The translations under genes were made by a program, and so were the position numbers. Below the pieces are notes generated by a model. The model had not been told where the DNA came from and ran no database searches. It saw only the letters and a program-made list of their open reading frames with translations. A stretch of DNA of 64,000 bases from Torpedo marmorata (lineage: Eukaryota). How positions within the stretch are numbered: the stretch's first letter is position 1; each line of letters begins with the position of its first letter. The stretch lies in NCBI GenBank assembly GCA_977017645.1, contig OZ360224.1:98146001-98210000 (forward strand), in the 5' to 3' direction. This document shows, in pieces, positions 26,826 through 37,500 of the stretch.

Positions 26826-27239
26826 TAATTTGAAGTTTAGTATCCTGATATTGATATTCAGACCAAGTTCCAGTTAAATTTTAATATGTGAATAATTTAT
26901 TATATCAGCTGAGATACTGCCTTATAGATACATGGAAATCAGTGAATTGGTGCTGCTGAATTTATGGCCAAGTTTGTTCTTTGGACTTCTACAGAAAACT
27001 GATTGCCTAAGCTCCTTACATACAAACGACCACTAGCTATCAGAGGCGGACATTCAATTCATCTGTCTTGCTTGGAATTGAACCTAGGATACATTGATGA
27101 AATCTTACATCTTTCCTCTTGAACTTACTGATAATCACAACTATCACGAAAAACAAGATCAAAGAAACCACTGAAATATGAAAGAGTAAACCTTAATATT
27201 TTCCAAAACAAGACTGATTTCTCTTTTTTATATGACCAA

Positions 27240-27430
27240 TTAACTGACTAGCCCTGTACATCTTTAGTGTGGTTGTGACAGTGGAGGAAGGAAACCGAAG
27301 TACCCGGAGGAAACCCACGGAGGTCATGGGGAGAACGTACAAACTCCTTTCAGACAGCGCTGGATTTGAACCTGGGTCACTGGTGCTGTAATAGCATTGC
27401 GATAACCTCTGCACTAACCATGCTGCTCTC
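27240..27430 (-). mobile_element. tRNA-derived SINE
   Basis: Same family as 43113-43364; B-box ggttcaaatcc on the minus strand. Confidence 0.7.
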
Positions 27431-27625
27431 AATACTGTAGAAATTCAGACATGTATAAATGGATAAAATATTTGTGGTTCCTTTTGTGTAAATCGGTAAA
27501 AAAAAATCTGAATGACATTAGGAGAATAAGTGGGTACATCTCCACAGGAATGCCAACAAAATTGCTTTATTGCCAAGCATTATAAAATTTATTACAATAG
27601 CTGCATTTGGTAATACTGTATGTTG

Positions 27626-27730
27626 ACCCTCTGTCTGCCTTACAGTAGACAAAAATTAAAGAATTTCATGTATGTTACATTCTAAATGTAGTATTACGTG
27701 ACAATAATGGAACCTTTACCTTTACCTTTT
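27626..27730 (+). mobile_element. Tail-only copy of the 5S-derived SINE
   Basis: Near-identical reverse complement of 20599-20700. Confidence 0.85.
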
Positions 27731-28633
27731 ATTCACAAATTAATTGGAGACTGCCATTCATTTGACAGTAGAAAAGTACATTGGACTGCACAGAAAAAAT
27801 AGAATTATTCTAAGTAGAAATTTGAGACATACAATTAGGGTATAACTGTAATCATGGGTGTCTTTAATCTACATCCAGTGCTCCCGTTGTGGTTTCCTGT
27901 ACATCGAGAGACTGGATGCATACTGGAATATCGCTTCGCTCAGCACCTTTGCTCTGTCCACTGCAATAGCAGGGATCTCTCAGTGGCAACCCATTTTAAT
28001 TCCCTGCCCCATATTCCGTCTGGGCACCCTCCAACCAGATGGTATTAACATCAACTTATCTGGTTTCCGTTAGTCCCCCACCCCCGCGAACTCCCCCCTT
28101 CCCCAATCCCTATTTCTCCTGTTACAAAATCAAACCAGCAACGACAGAAGACGCAATGCAAAAGGGGTAAAATTGAAATTATTATTTATTAAACACAAGT
28201 AAACATATAATTTCACAACAATTAACCCCACTATAAATGTCTATAAACTCTATTCTTATCTAAACGGTGTATGTGTGTGTCTCGTCTTCGATTAGGTGTT
28301 TCTATAACATAGGTGACCTCATTAATTTTTGACTTAACTCTATAGGGTCCTGAAAATCTAGCCCTAAGAGGATTTGAATGGATGGGAAACAGAACTAATA
28401 CGTTCTCACCAGGTTTAAAAGTTCTCATCTTCGCCTTTCGATCATACCAAACCTTCATTCTCTGTTGAGTGGCCTTTAAATTCTCCTTTGCCATCTCACA
28501 AGCACTATGTAACCGATCCTTAAATTTGGAAACATAATCTAACAGATTTAAATGCACATCACGATTAATCCACTGTTCTTTTAATAATCTTAAAGGACCT
28601 CTCACCTCATGTCCGAAAACTAACTCGAATGGA

Positions 28634-31375
28634 CTAAAACCGAGTGAAGTCTTGGACAGACTCCCTCGCTGCAAATAACAACAAATGAACCCCCTCATCC
28701 CAATCCTTTTCCTTCTCACAACAATAGGTTCTAATCATGGTTTTCAAAGTCGAATGGAACCTCTCCAAGACCCCTTGACTTTCTGGATGGTACGCAGAGG
28801 ATACAATCTGTTTAACTCCCAGTCCATCAACCACTTGTTGGAAAACGCCTGACATGAAATTACTGCCCTGATCTGATTGAATTTCCCTTGGCAAACCTAC
28901 CAAGGTGAAAAACTTTACCATAGCCTTTACAATTGACTTTGCTTTTATGTTTCTCAGAGGAATGGCCTCTGGAAATCTGGTGGCTGCACACATAATTGTT
29001 AACAAATACTCATTCCCCGCTTTGGTTTTGGGCAATGGGCCAACACAGTCCACAATTACTCTCAAGAAAGGCTCACTGAAAGCAGGGATAGGTTGCAAGG
29101 GTGCCACCGGGGGACCCTGATTAGGTTTACCCACCACCTGACAAGTGTGACAGGCCCGGCAAAAGCTTACAACTTCCCTTCTTAAACTGGGCCAATAAAA
29201 TTGTTTCATTATCTTCCTTATAGTTTTCTTCACCCCAAGGTGACCACCTAAGGGTGTACTATGAGCCAAAGTTATTATTTCATCCCTATATACTTTAGGG
29301 ATTACAACCTGCTGCACTACTGCCCATTCTTCATTGACAGGAACATCACGTGGTCTCCACTTTCTCATCAACACCCCATCTTTTTCATAATAACCTACTG
29401 GCACCTTTTTAATCTCCTCTTCAGAGAGAACCTTATCCCTCACCTCAGCAAGATCAGGATCGTCCTTTTGCCTTGCTATTAACTCCTGTCGGGATAGTGA
29501 CAAATCTGTGCCTTTAGGTGTCTTATCAGTGGATGGGTGTAACATAGGAGATTGCTCAACCTTTTCCAGGTTTTCTTGATTATCAGTGTCTTTTTCTTTT
29601 ACCAAGTTATTTTCCACTGCCTTCTCTACAGTGACATTTTTCTTAGACATGGCCCTGGTTATGGCACATGCCGGATAAATATCAGAGTCTTTCTCTGACT
29701 TATCAATGACTGGCTTAGTGGTCATTCGCACTGCAGGAACTACTTTACCCTTGGCCAAGTCATTGCCTAACAACAGTGAGACTCCTTCTACGGGCAACTC
29801 TGATCTCACTCCTATTATACCTGGTCCTTCCACCAAGTCTGAGTTCAATACTATTTTGTGCAAAGGAATGGACTCAACCTCACCACCAATTCCTTTTATT
29901 AAATTTATGTCACCGGTGTCAGTAGCTTCACAAAATTCCAAGACACTATCTAACACAAGTGACTGAGCAGCTCCAGTATCTCGCAAGATTTTCACTGGAA
30001 CTTGTTTTGATCCTGCCTTAACTGAAACAAAACCATCAGTCACAAAAGGTTTAAATACATCTTTAACTTTGTCAGTACATTTATCTCCTTCCTGGGTGTT
30101 ATGCATCTTCTCACTCTGAATACAAGCATTAGGTGTTGCATCCTTTTCTCTCTTCTTTTTCAACACTGGACAGCTTGCTAGCATATGACCAGCCTTTCTA
30201 CAGTAGTGGCAAATGGGACCTGAATTGTTTTCCCTTTTCCACTTTCCTTCATCCCTTTCCTTAACACCACTTCCAAATTTACTTTCCACTTGCTTCTGAT
30301 TATCCACTGTGACCTTTTGGAAAATTCTACCTGACGTCCACTTAGGCTTGTGGGTTAAAGCATATTCATCTGCTAACTTAGCTGAATTTTGCCAAGTTTT
30401 CACCTCCTTTTCATCTAAGTATACCTTAATATCCTCAGGAACACACCTTTTTATCTCCTCGATTATTATCAATTCTCTCAATTGATTGTAATCATTGTTT
30501 ACTTCCTTAGATGTGCACCACCGGTCAAAACACACAACTTTTTCATCGGCAAACTCTGTATAAGATTGGGTTGCTGATCTTTTTAAATTTCTAAACTTCT
30601 GTCTATAAGCCTCTGGAACTAATTCATAAGCCTGGAATATAGCCCTTTTCACCGTTTCATAATCAGCAGCTTGCTCCGTGGTAAGAGTAGAATAAGCTTG
30701 CTGAGCTTTTCCTTTTATTACACTTTGTAACATAAGAGACCATTGGTCTTGTGGCCATTTTAATTTCACAGCCACTTTCTCAAAATGTTGGAAGTACTTA
30801 TCTATTTCTGCCTCCTCAAATGGAGGAACCAACCTAACTTCTCTACTAGCCAAAAACCCCTCAGCAGGATGACGAATTTGATCTTGGCGCTCTCCTTGTC
30901 TCCTCTCATTTTCCAACCTCATCTTTTCCAGCTCATATTTCCTATTTTTCTCCTCGTTCTCATATCTCTTTTGTTCTCTGTCTATCTCCATGTCTAATCT
31001 CTTTCGTTCCAATTCCAATTCTAATTTCTTTTGTTCCCTGTCTGCCTCTAATTTCTTTTGTTCCCTGGCTGCCTCCAATTCCTTTTGTTCCCTGGCTGCC
31101 TCCAATTCTAATTTCTTTTGTTCTCTGGCTGCCTCCAATTCCAATTTCTTTAATTCCAATTGTATGTTTTCAGGTTTACCCTTGGGAAACTGCTCTAACA
31201 CGCTCTCTTCCAATTTTTTTTCTTTTATATAGTATTTGACAATTTTTCTCCCAACCTCTGCCTTTTTCATAGATGGTTTTACAGAAGCAATGCCCAACTC
31301 TGTTGCTATAGCCACTAACTGTTCCTTTTTTAAAGTATCAGATTCAGGTGATTCCAAAAAATGTTCTACATCCAT
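28634..31375 (-). CDS. Gag(SCAN-like capsid, CCHC)-protease-integrase polyprotein of the Gmr1-like element
   Basis: Uninterrupted ORF from ATG 31375: YELVPEAYRQKFR (SCAN-like), CHYCRKAGHMLASC, ILRDTGA, H..GGHLG…CHTC, VDCVGP/SDQGSNF/ESQGVLERFH. A frameshift precedes the GPY tail in ORF 28231..28719. Confidence 0.88.
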   Translation of the reverse strand: MDVEHFLESPESDTLKKEQLVAIATELGIASVKPSMKKAEVGRKIVKYYIKEKKLEESVLEQFPKGKPENIQLELKKLELEAAREQKKLELEAAREQKELEAAREQKKLEADREQKKLELELERKRLDMEIDREQKRYENEEKNRKYELEKMRLENERRQGERQDQIRHPAEGFLASREVRLVPPFEEAEIDKYFQHFEKVAVKLKWPQDQWSLMLQSVIKGKAQQAYSTLTTEQAADYETVKRAIFQAYELVPEAYRQKFRNLKRSATQSYTEFADEKVVCFDRWCTSKEVNNDYNQLRELIIIEEIKRCVPEDIKVYLDEKEVKTWQNSAKLADEYALTHKPKWTSGRIFQKVTVDNQKQVESKFGSGVKERDEGKWKRENNSGPICHYCRKAGHMLASCPVLKKKREKDATPNACIQSEKMHNTQEGDKCTDKVKDVFKPFVTDGFVSVKAGSKQVPVKILRDTGAAQSLVLDSVLEFCEATDTGDINLIKGIGGEVESIPLHKIVLNSDLVEGPGIIGVRSELPVEGVSLLLGNDLAKGKVVPAVRMTTKPVIDKSEKDSDIYPACAITRAMSKKNVTVEKAVENNLVKEKDTDNQENLEKVEQSPMLHPSTDKTPKGTDLSLSRQELIARQKDDPDLAEVRDKVLSEEEIKKVPVGYYEKDGVLMRKWRPRDVPVNEEWAVVQQVVIPKVYRDEIITLAHSTPLGGHLGVKKTIRKIMKQFYWPSLRREVVSFCRACHTCQVVGKPNQGPPVAPLQPIPAFSEPFLRVIVDCVGPLPKTKAGNEYLLTIMCAATRFPEAIPLRNIKAKSIVKAMVKFFTLVGLPREIQSDQGSNFMSGVFQQVVDGLGVKQIVSSAYHPESQGVLERFHSTLKTMIRTYCCEKEKDWDEGVHLLLFAARESVQDFTRF

Positions 31376-31480
31376 TGTTGCTGGTTTTTTGTTACACACA
31401 CTAGCTTTTAATTAGCTTTACCAAAAGGAATGCCTTAAACCAAACTGGGATTCCTTCAATTACCAAGATGGATTTTGATT

Positions 31481-31502
31481 CAAATCCCGCAACGAGCCCC
31501 CA
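31481..31502 (-). promoter_or_regulatory. Primer binding site, tRNA-Pro type
   Basis: TGGGGGCTCGTTGCGGGATTTG, 3 nt after the LTR end; resembles the canonical Pro PBS TGGGGGCTCGTCCGGGAT. Confidence 0.85.
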
Positions 31503-32829
31503 ATTTGTTACAAAATCAAACCAGCAACGACAGAAGACGCAATGCAAAAGGGGTAAAATTGAAATTATTATTTATTAAACACAAGTAAACATATAATTTC
31601 ACAACAATTAACCCCACTATAAACGTCTATAAACTCTATTCTTATCTAAAAGGTGTGTGTGTGTGTAAAGCCCAGACCATTACAGTCTGTGCCCAACCCT
31701 TATGTAAAAATGGAAAAACTTTCCCCAAAAACCCCAGGTCAGTCATAAAAAACAAGTCAGTCAAAAAAACAAAAGAATAATTCAGTCCACAAGATTCACT
31801 CTCTTAAGTTCAGGCTTCAATTCAGTTCTGGGTCTGGTAGAAGTACTTCTGAATGAACGTTGGAGAGAGACAATGACTGTTTATGCTTACAAATACTTGT
31901 TTTCTTCTCTGATGACGTCCCCTTCTTGTAGGTTCATAAGGATTGCAAGTTCCAGATCAGTATACCACTGATTTAGGCGTATGCTTGAATCTCACAGCTA
32001 GTCTCGCTGATCTCACTCCTGTTCTTCACAGAAGTTGCTTTTTCTCAGAATTTCTCTGAGACAGGAGGCCATGTGCTATTCTGTCAGTCTTTCTCTGACT
32101 TTGCACACACCTGGATTTGACTGTGTCTTGTAGCCTTGCAACTTACAACTGTGCTTTGCAGAGATCTGCCCCTGCTTTTTGCAGAAGTGAAACAAATGTA
32201 TCTTGTCTAGCCTGTCTCTCTCTCTCTGGTCTCTCTCTGTCTGGGTACACCAAGAGTGCAACAATGTATCTTGTCTGGGTACACCAAGTAGCTGGGGAAG
32301 TTAACTCTTTCAGTACCTGGCCCCAGTGTATACTCCAAAAGACTTCATCCTTCCTGCTGACCGTCCGCAGTCCAAATGGTCAGTCATGGTCCATAACACT
32401 CCTTTCCTCTCTTTCTCTCTCGCTTTCCCTTTCCCTCTGTTTCGTTTCCTCCAGCTCTGCATTCACAGAACCACCATATCCAATTATTGCCCTTTGTCTG
32501 TTGGCCTGTGCTCCCCCCCCCCCCCCCCCAACTACCCTAACCCCTTTCCTGCCTTCTCCCCCAGCCTTTTTAATCAGGCACTTGCCTACTTTTTGCTCAT
32601 ACCTTGAAGGCCTCCGGGCCAAAATATCAGTTCTATATCTTTACCTCCTATGGACGTTGTGAGACCTGCTGAGTTCCTCCAGCATTTCTGTGTTTTTACT
32701 ACAATCACAGCATCTGCAGACTTTCACAGCGTCTGCAGACTTTCATGTTTCACTCTTAATCTATATATAGATTGATCAAAACAAATTAGCAATAATACTG
32801 TGGAGGAATACTTCCTGGAGTGTGGATAG

Positions 32830-33500
32830 GATGTTTTTATGGACCAATATGTTGAGTAACCAACTGGAGAACAGGCTATCATAGGCTGAGTGTTGCACCA
32901 TGAAGAAGGGAATTGAGTATCGCGTACAGGAGTTGGGATGTTGTGGTGACATTGTATAAGACATTGGTGAGGCCAAATTTGGAGTATTGTGTGCAGTTCT
33001 GGTTGCCAAACTACAGGAAGGATATCAGTAAGATGATTTACTAGGATGTTGCTGGGTGTTCAGGAGTTGAGTTACAGGGAAAGATTAAACAGGTTTGGAC
33101 TTTATTCCTTGGAGCGTAGAAGAATGAGGGGAGATTTGATAAGAGGTTTACAAAATTAAAAGGGGAATAGACAGAGTAAATGCGAGTAGGCTCTTTCCAC
33201 TTAGATTGGGAGAGATAAATACGAGAGGACATGGTTTTAGGGTGAAAGGTTTAGGGGGAACATTAGGGGGAACTTCTTCACTCAGAGTGGTGGGAGTTTG
33301 GAACGAGCTGCCATCTGACGTGGTAAATGCAGGTTCACTCTTAAGTTTTAAGAATAAATTGGAAAGATACATGGATGGGAGTGGTCTGGAGGGTTATGGA
33401 ATTGGGTGCAGGTCAGTGGGACAAGAGGAATGATGTTTCGGCACAGACTAGAAGGGCCGAATGGCCTGTTTTCTGTGCTGTAGTTTTCTATGGTTCTATG
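32830..33500 (+). mobile_element. CR1 LINE 3' fragment, degenerate
   Basis: GEINTRGHGFRVKG…VWNELPSDVV; tail ttctatggttctatg. Confidence 0.8.
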
Positions 33501-34595
33501 GAATCATGGACAATCATGTTGTGTATGTGTGGTCTCTTAGGGAATGGTGACCATAGTCAGAAGTTTAGAATTCAGCAAAGGTCAAAAAGATTAAGAAGGA
33601 GGATGCTAGAATAAGTGCAAGGACCATAACAAAACCTATAAAAGTTTTTATAAATATGTAAAAAAAAAGTTATTGGACACATACGTCTCCTAAGTTCAGA
33701 AGCAAGATAAACTGCAATTGCGAATAAAGAAATGGAAGAACAACCAAATGTTCTGCTTTCAGAGGAATTACGCCCCAGATATATGAAGAAATGAAGGGTC
33801 TACTAGAGAGTGAAGACTTAAGGAGATTAGATAAACAGGCAGAGATTTTAAAGAGGCTTAAGGCCAATAAAACTCCAAGACTAAATCTACATCCCAGAGC
33901 ACCAAAAAAAAGGGCCCTAAAAATAGCAGAAGAACGAGGCGTGACTTTATTTAGGCCTTAAGCGGGCTTGACAGGATAGATGTTGAACAGGAGGAGATAG
34001 TTATGAAATAACCACGAGACAGAACAAAAGGGTGGCAGGCTCAGGCCATGAGTGCTGAAGGCTCCGGGGGAGCAGCAGACTGACGCAGAGCACCAGAGCG
34101 GGGGAACACCACCCTATCCCAACCGAGAGGGAGAAATCTGAAAGAAGATACTACAGGGAAGGAGATCACAGGAGCGGACCAGTGCAGGGCTCAGCGGCCA
34201 AAGTACTCACACCAGGCTGTGGGAGACTAGCTTGTGGGAACCAGGTATTGGGACTAGGAATGGTGAGCGGCCTCGGGTGCTGACAAGCTTTCTAATAGTA
34301 TTGGGGGAGGGGGGGGGGTTAAGAACTAGGTAGCCAAGGAGGATGAATTGGATGCCTGGATATCAGGCTCACCACTGGAACAGACAGAAGACCATGTAGC
34401 TACGGAGTTTACGGGGAAATTGAGGCGGCGGCATCGGAGGAGGTGGTGAAATTCAGGGACACTCGGGTGTCTCTTAAGGGACTCTTTTTGGCTTCTTTTT
34501 CTCTTCTTGGCAGGGGTGTTGGATGAGTGGGGCCTGTTTGCGTGCCTTTATGGGCAAACAAAACTTAACATATGTTGTCTATTGATGTGCATGAC

Positions 34596-37500
34596 TGTAA
34601 GAGCCGTAGGCTTGGTTACTTACCTTAATCGCGGCGTTCCGATGGTCTCAGCGGGTTTCGGAGGAGACACGGAGATTAGTAGGCCGTGCTGGGCCTATTT
34701 AGTACTCTGCGCATGCGCGGGAGTGCCGACGGGCGCATGCGCAGTGGGGAAGTGGCTGGAGCATGCGCAGTGGAGAAGTGAGTGCAGTATGCGCGCGGTG
34801 GAGTATGCACGTGGGAGCATGCGTGAATCGGGGGGAGAAGTAGTGGTATAAGAATATGGCAAGTTAGAGGAGGGTGAGTGAGATCGCCATAGCTTTCATT
34901 GACCGTTTAAAGGAACGTTTAAATGAGCGTTTGAAGAATCGTTATTAAGCATCGTTATTAAGAATTGCTTATATTTTGTTAAAGAAGATATTTAAGTAAT
35001 TGAAGATTGCTACAAGACATCGTGTGTAAATAAAGTTTTTGAACCTACTGGACTTGTTAGTAAATTAATTGAAACGCGTCAAGACCAAGTATCTCACCTT
35101 GCCTCCAAGTGACTATTTGTTGGATTGAAGTCACTGTATGTTTCGTCAATGAAAGTTTATTGTTTGGAACAGAAAATTGAAGTAAAGAAGATAGAATAAT
35201 CTCTGTGCTTTGGACTGATATTTAAAATAAAATGGTGGCCATCTTGGCGATGCCTCGAGCGAGGGGCAGTTTGTAATCCACATCCATCTGCCATGAGTAA
35301 CAGCCAGAGAGGGATATAGAGCTTCAAATCTTATAGTAAAGTGTCCTATAAATATGTTGGAGAAACCATTTCTTGAAAATCAGTGATATTAGTGACGGAT
35401 GCTGTGGTGGAAACTCGTTTGTGAATAGCAGCATATTACAGTCATCTGAAGTGGTAGGCATAAGTCTGTGGACTCCTGAGTAATTTTGGCAAGTTTGAAC
35501 ACAGATTGGATTTGCTGCCGCTAGTCCATTGGGGACTGTTGATTTGGCTAGTGTTGTGTATGCTTGAAGGACAGTGGAACAAGACGAGTAAAATGGCTGC
35601 AGCAGCCACTGATGTTGCTGTTGAGGACCAACGTATTGAAGACATGAAGGTTGTGGATCTTAAAGAAGAAAAGAGGCGACTGAAACTAGATACAAGTGGA
35701 AATAAAAAGGTTCTCATCGCAAGACTGAAGCTGGCAAAGGAAGAAGAGGCGGCTTCGTTTGATGAACATGAAGACAGCAAAGTGGAAATGGTTGAAAATG
35801 TGTCATCAAATGGTGATGAAGAAAACGAAGAGGATGAAGATGCAAAGGATGTACAATTCGGATTGGAGAAAGAGGTAAGTAAGAAGACAACATCTGAACT
35901 GCAGGATGAAATACAAGCATGTGACAGTGTCTCAAATGTTGAAAGCAGGAGAAGCAAACAAAGTTCTGGTTCGAGCTCCAGAGTTTCTCGTACTTCAAGT
36001 TCTGCATCGTCACTACAAAGGTTGAAGTTGACTTGGCCACTCTTCTTGCGCAACAAAAAACGCTTATGGATAAACATATTTTAGAACGACATGAGGAGCA
36101 GCTAAGGCAAAAGGAAGAGCAGCTAAGGCAAAAGGAGGAGCAGCTAAAGTTGCAGCTAAGGCAAAAGGAAGAGCAGCTAAGGCAAAAGGAGGAGCAGCTA
36201 AAGTTGCAGCTAAGGCAAAAGGAGGAGCAGCTAAGGCAAGAGGAGGAGCATCTAAGGCAGCAGCTAAGGCAGAACCAGGAGCAGCTAAGGCAGAGAGAAA
36301 GGAGCAGCAGGAGCTGGAAGCAAACATTACTATTGCCAAGGCAAAAAAAGAGGTACTGGAAAGCTTAATGGTATCTGGTGCTCGGAGTAAATTATCTAAA
36401 GTGTATGATGATAAGAAGTCATATTTTAAAAAAGAGTCACAGGAAAAGAAACCAACCAAAAGGGTAGATATTTTAGTACCAAGGGTACAAGACTTGCAAA
36501 TACAAGGACAAATCCTTCAAGAGCATAGTGTTATCAAAGTCACATGTACCACTGGTAACATCTGAAGACAAAGCTGTGGCATGGGTTCAGTCAAACGATG
36601 CAGCTCCCTTGGCATTTGAGTCAAGCATCAGAAATATGGGAGAAACTACACCAGTGAGGTTTCCAGATACATTACCTGTAACAAGAGGTGGTGAACAGAG
36701 CAATGTATTGTCATCCAAGGGAAGACAAAATGAAATTGCTACATCATTGATTCAGTTACAGTCTCTCTCTTCTTTGCCCAAGAAAAAGATACAAACTTTT
36801 GATGGTGATCCACTTCAGTACCAAGCGTTCATGAGATCTTTCAAACGCAATATTTAAAATAAATGCCAAGACCCTGATGAATGTCTTTATTATTTGGAAA
36901 TGTTCACAAAGGGACATCCAAGAGAACTTGTAAAGAGTTGTCAACATATGTCCTCAGAAAGAGGATTAGACAGAGCTAAGTCTTTACTAGAACAACATTT
37001 TGGCAACAAGCATAGAATTGCTTTAGCTTATATGGATAAAGCTCTTAAATGGACATCAATAAAACAGAATGATGTAAAAGCTCTACAAGCATATACTTTC
37101 TTTTTAAGAGGATATTGTAATGCCATGGAAGATATCGATAATATTCGTGAGCTTGAAGTGCCTGGTAATATGCGAATCATCTTAGAAAAATTACCTTACA
37201 AGTTGTGGGATAGATGGAGAAATTTGGCTTGTGATTTACAAGAAAATTACGTTCGAAGAGCTACCTTAAAGGATTTGGTAAATTTTCTTGAATGACAGGT
37301 CTACATTGAAACAGATCCAATATATAGAAATACCAAAGACAATTCAATGGGGAACAAAGATGTAAGGAGGTCTAACTCACAGCCTAGTCCGAAATTGAAA
37401 AGGAGTACTTTTGCTACTAATGTGTCAGTTATAAATAAAGAAAAAAAATAAAGTAAATAAGGAAAAGGAAAGTTTGACTAATGAGAAGAGTTGTTTGTTC

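Larger units (their letters stand above)
28120..32398 (-). mobile_element. Gmr1-like Gypsy LTR retrotransposon, internally deleted (no RT/RNase H)
   Basis: 4-bp TSD CTCC at 28116-28119 and 32399-32402; 5' LTR 31506-32398; 3' LTR remnant 28120-28280 (3 mismatches to the 5' LTR); tRNA-Pro-type PBS; PR directly followed by IN. Confidence 0.93.
27855..32755 (+). mobile_element. Penelope-like fragment interrupted by the Gmr1-like LTR element
   Basis: LIYIQCSRCGFLYI…RLGTLQPDGININ at 27858-28073; the pyrimidine tract and pseudo-LTR resume at 32399. Confidence 0.75.

Noticed and set aside
26233-26833. Pro/Arg/Gly-rich ORFs and apparent CpG-island promoter
   Set aside because: By-products of the GC-rich repeat core of a MITE.
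35506-36084. Stand-alone host SAFB/SLTM gene or retrocopy
   Set aside because: It lies inside BEL LTRs, continues into Gag, and has no RRM or other SAFB regions.
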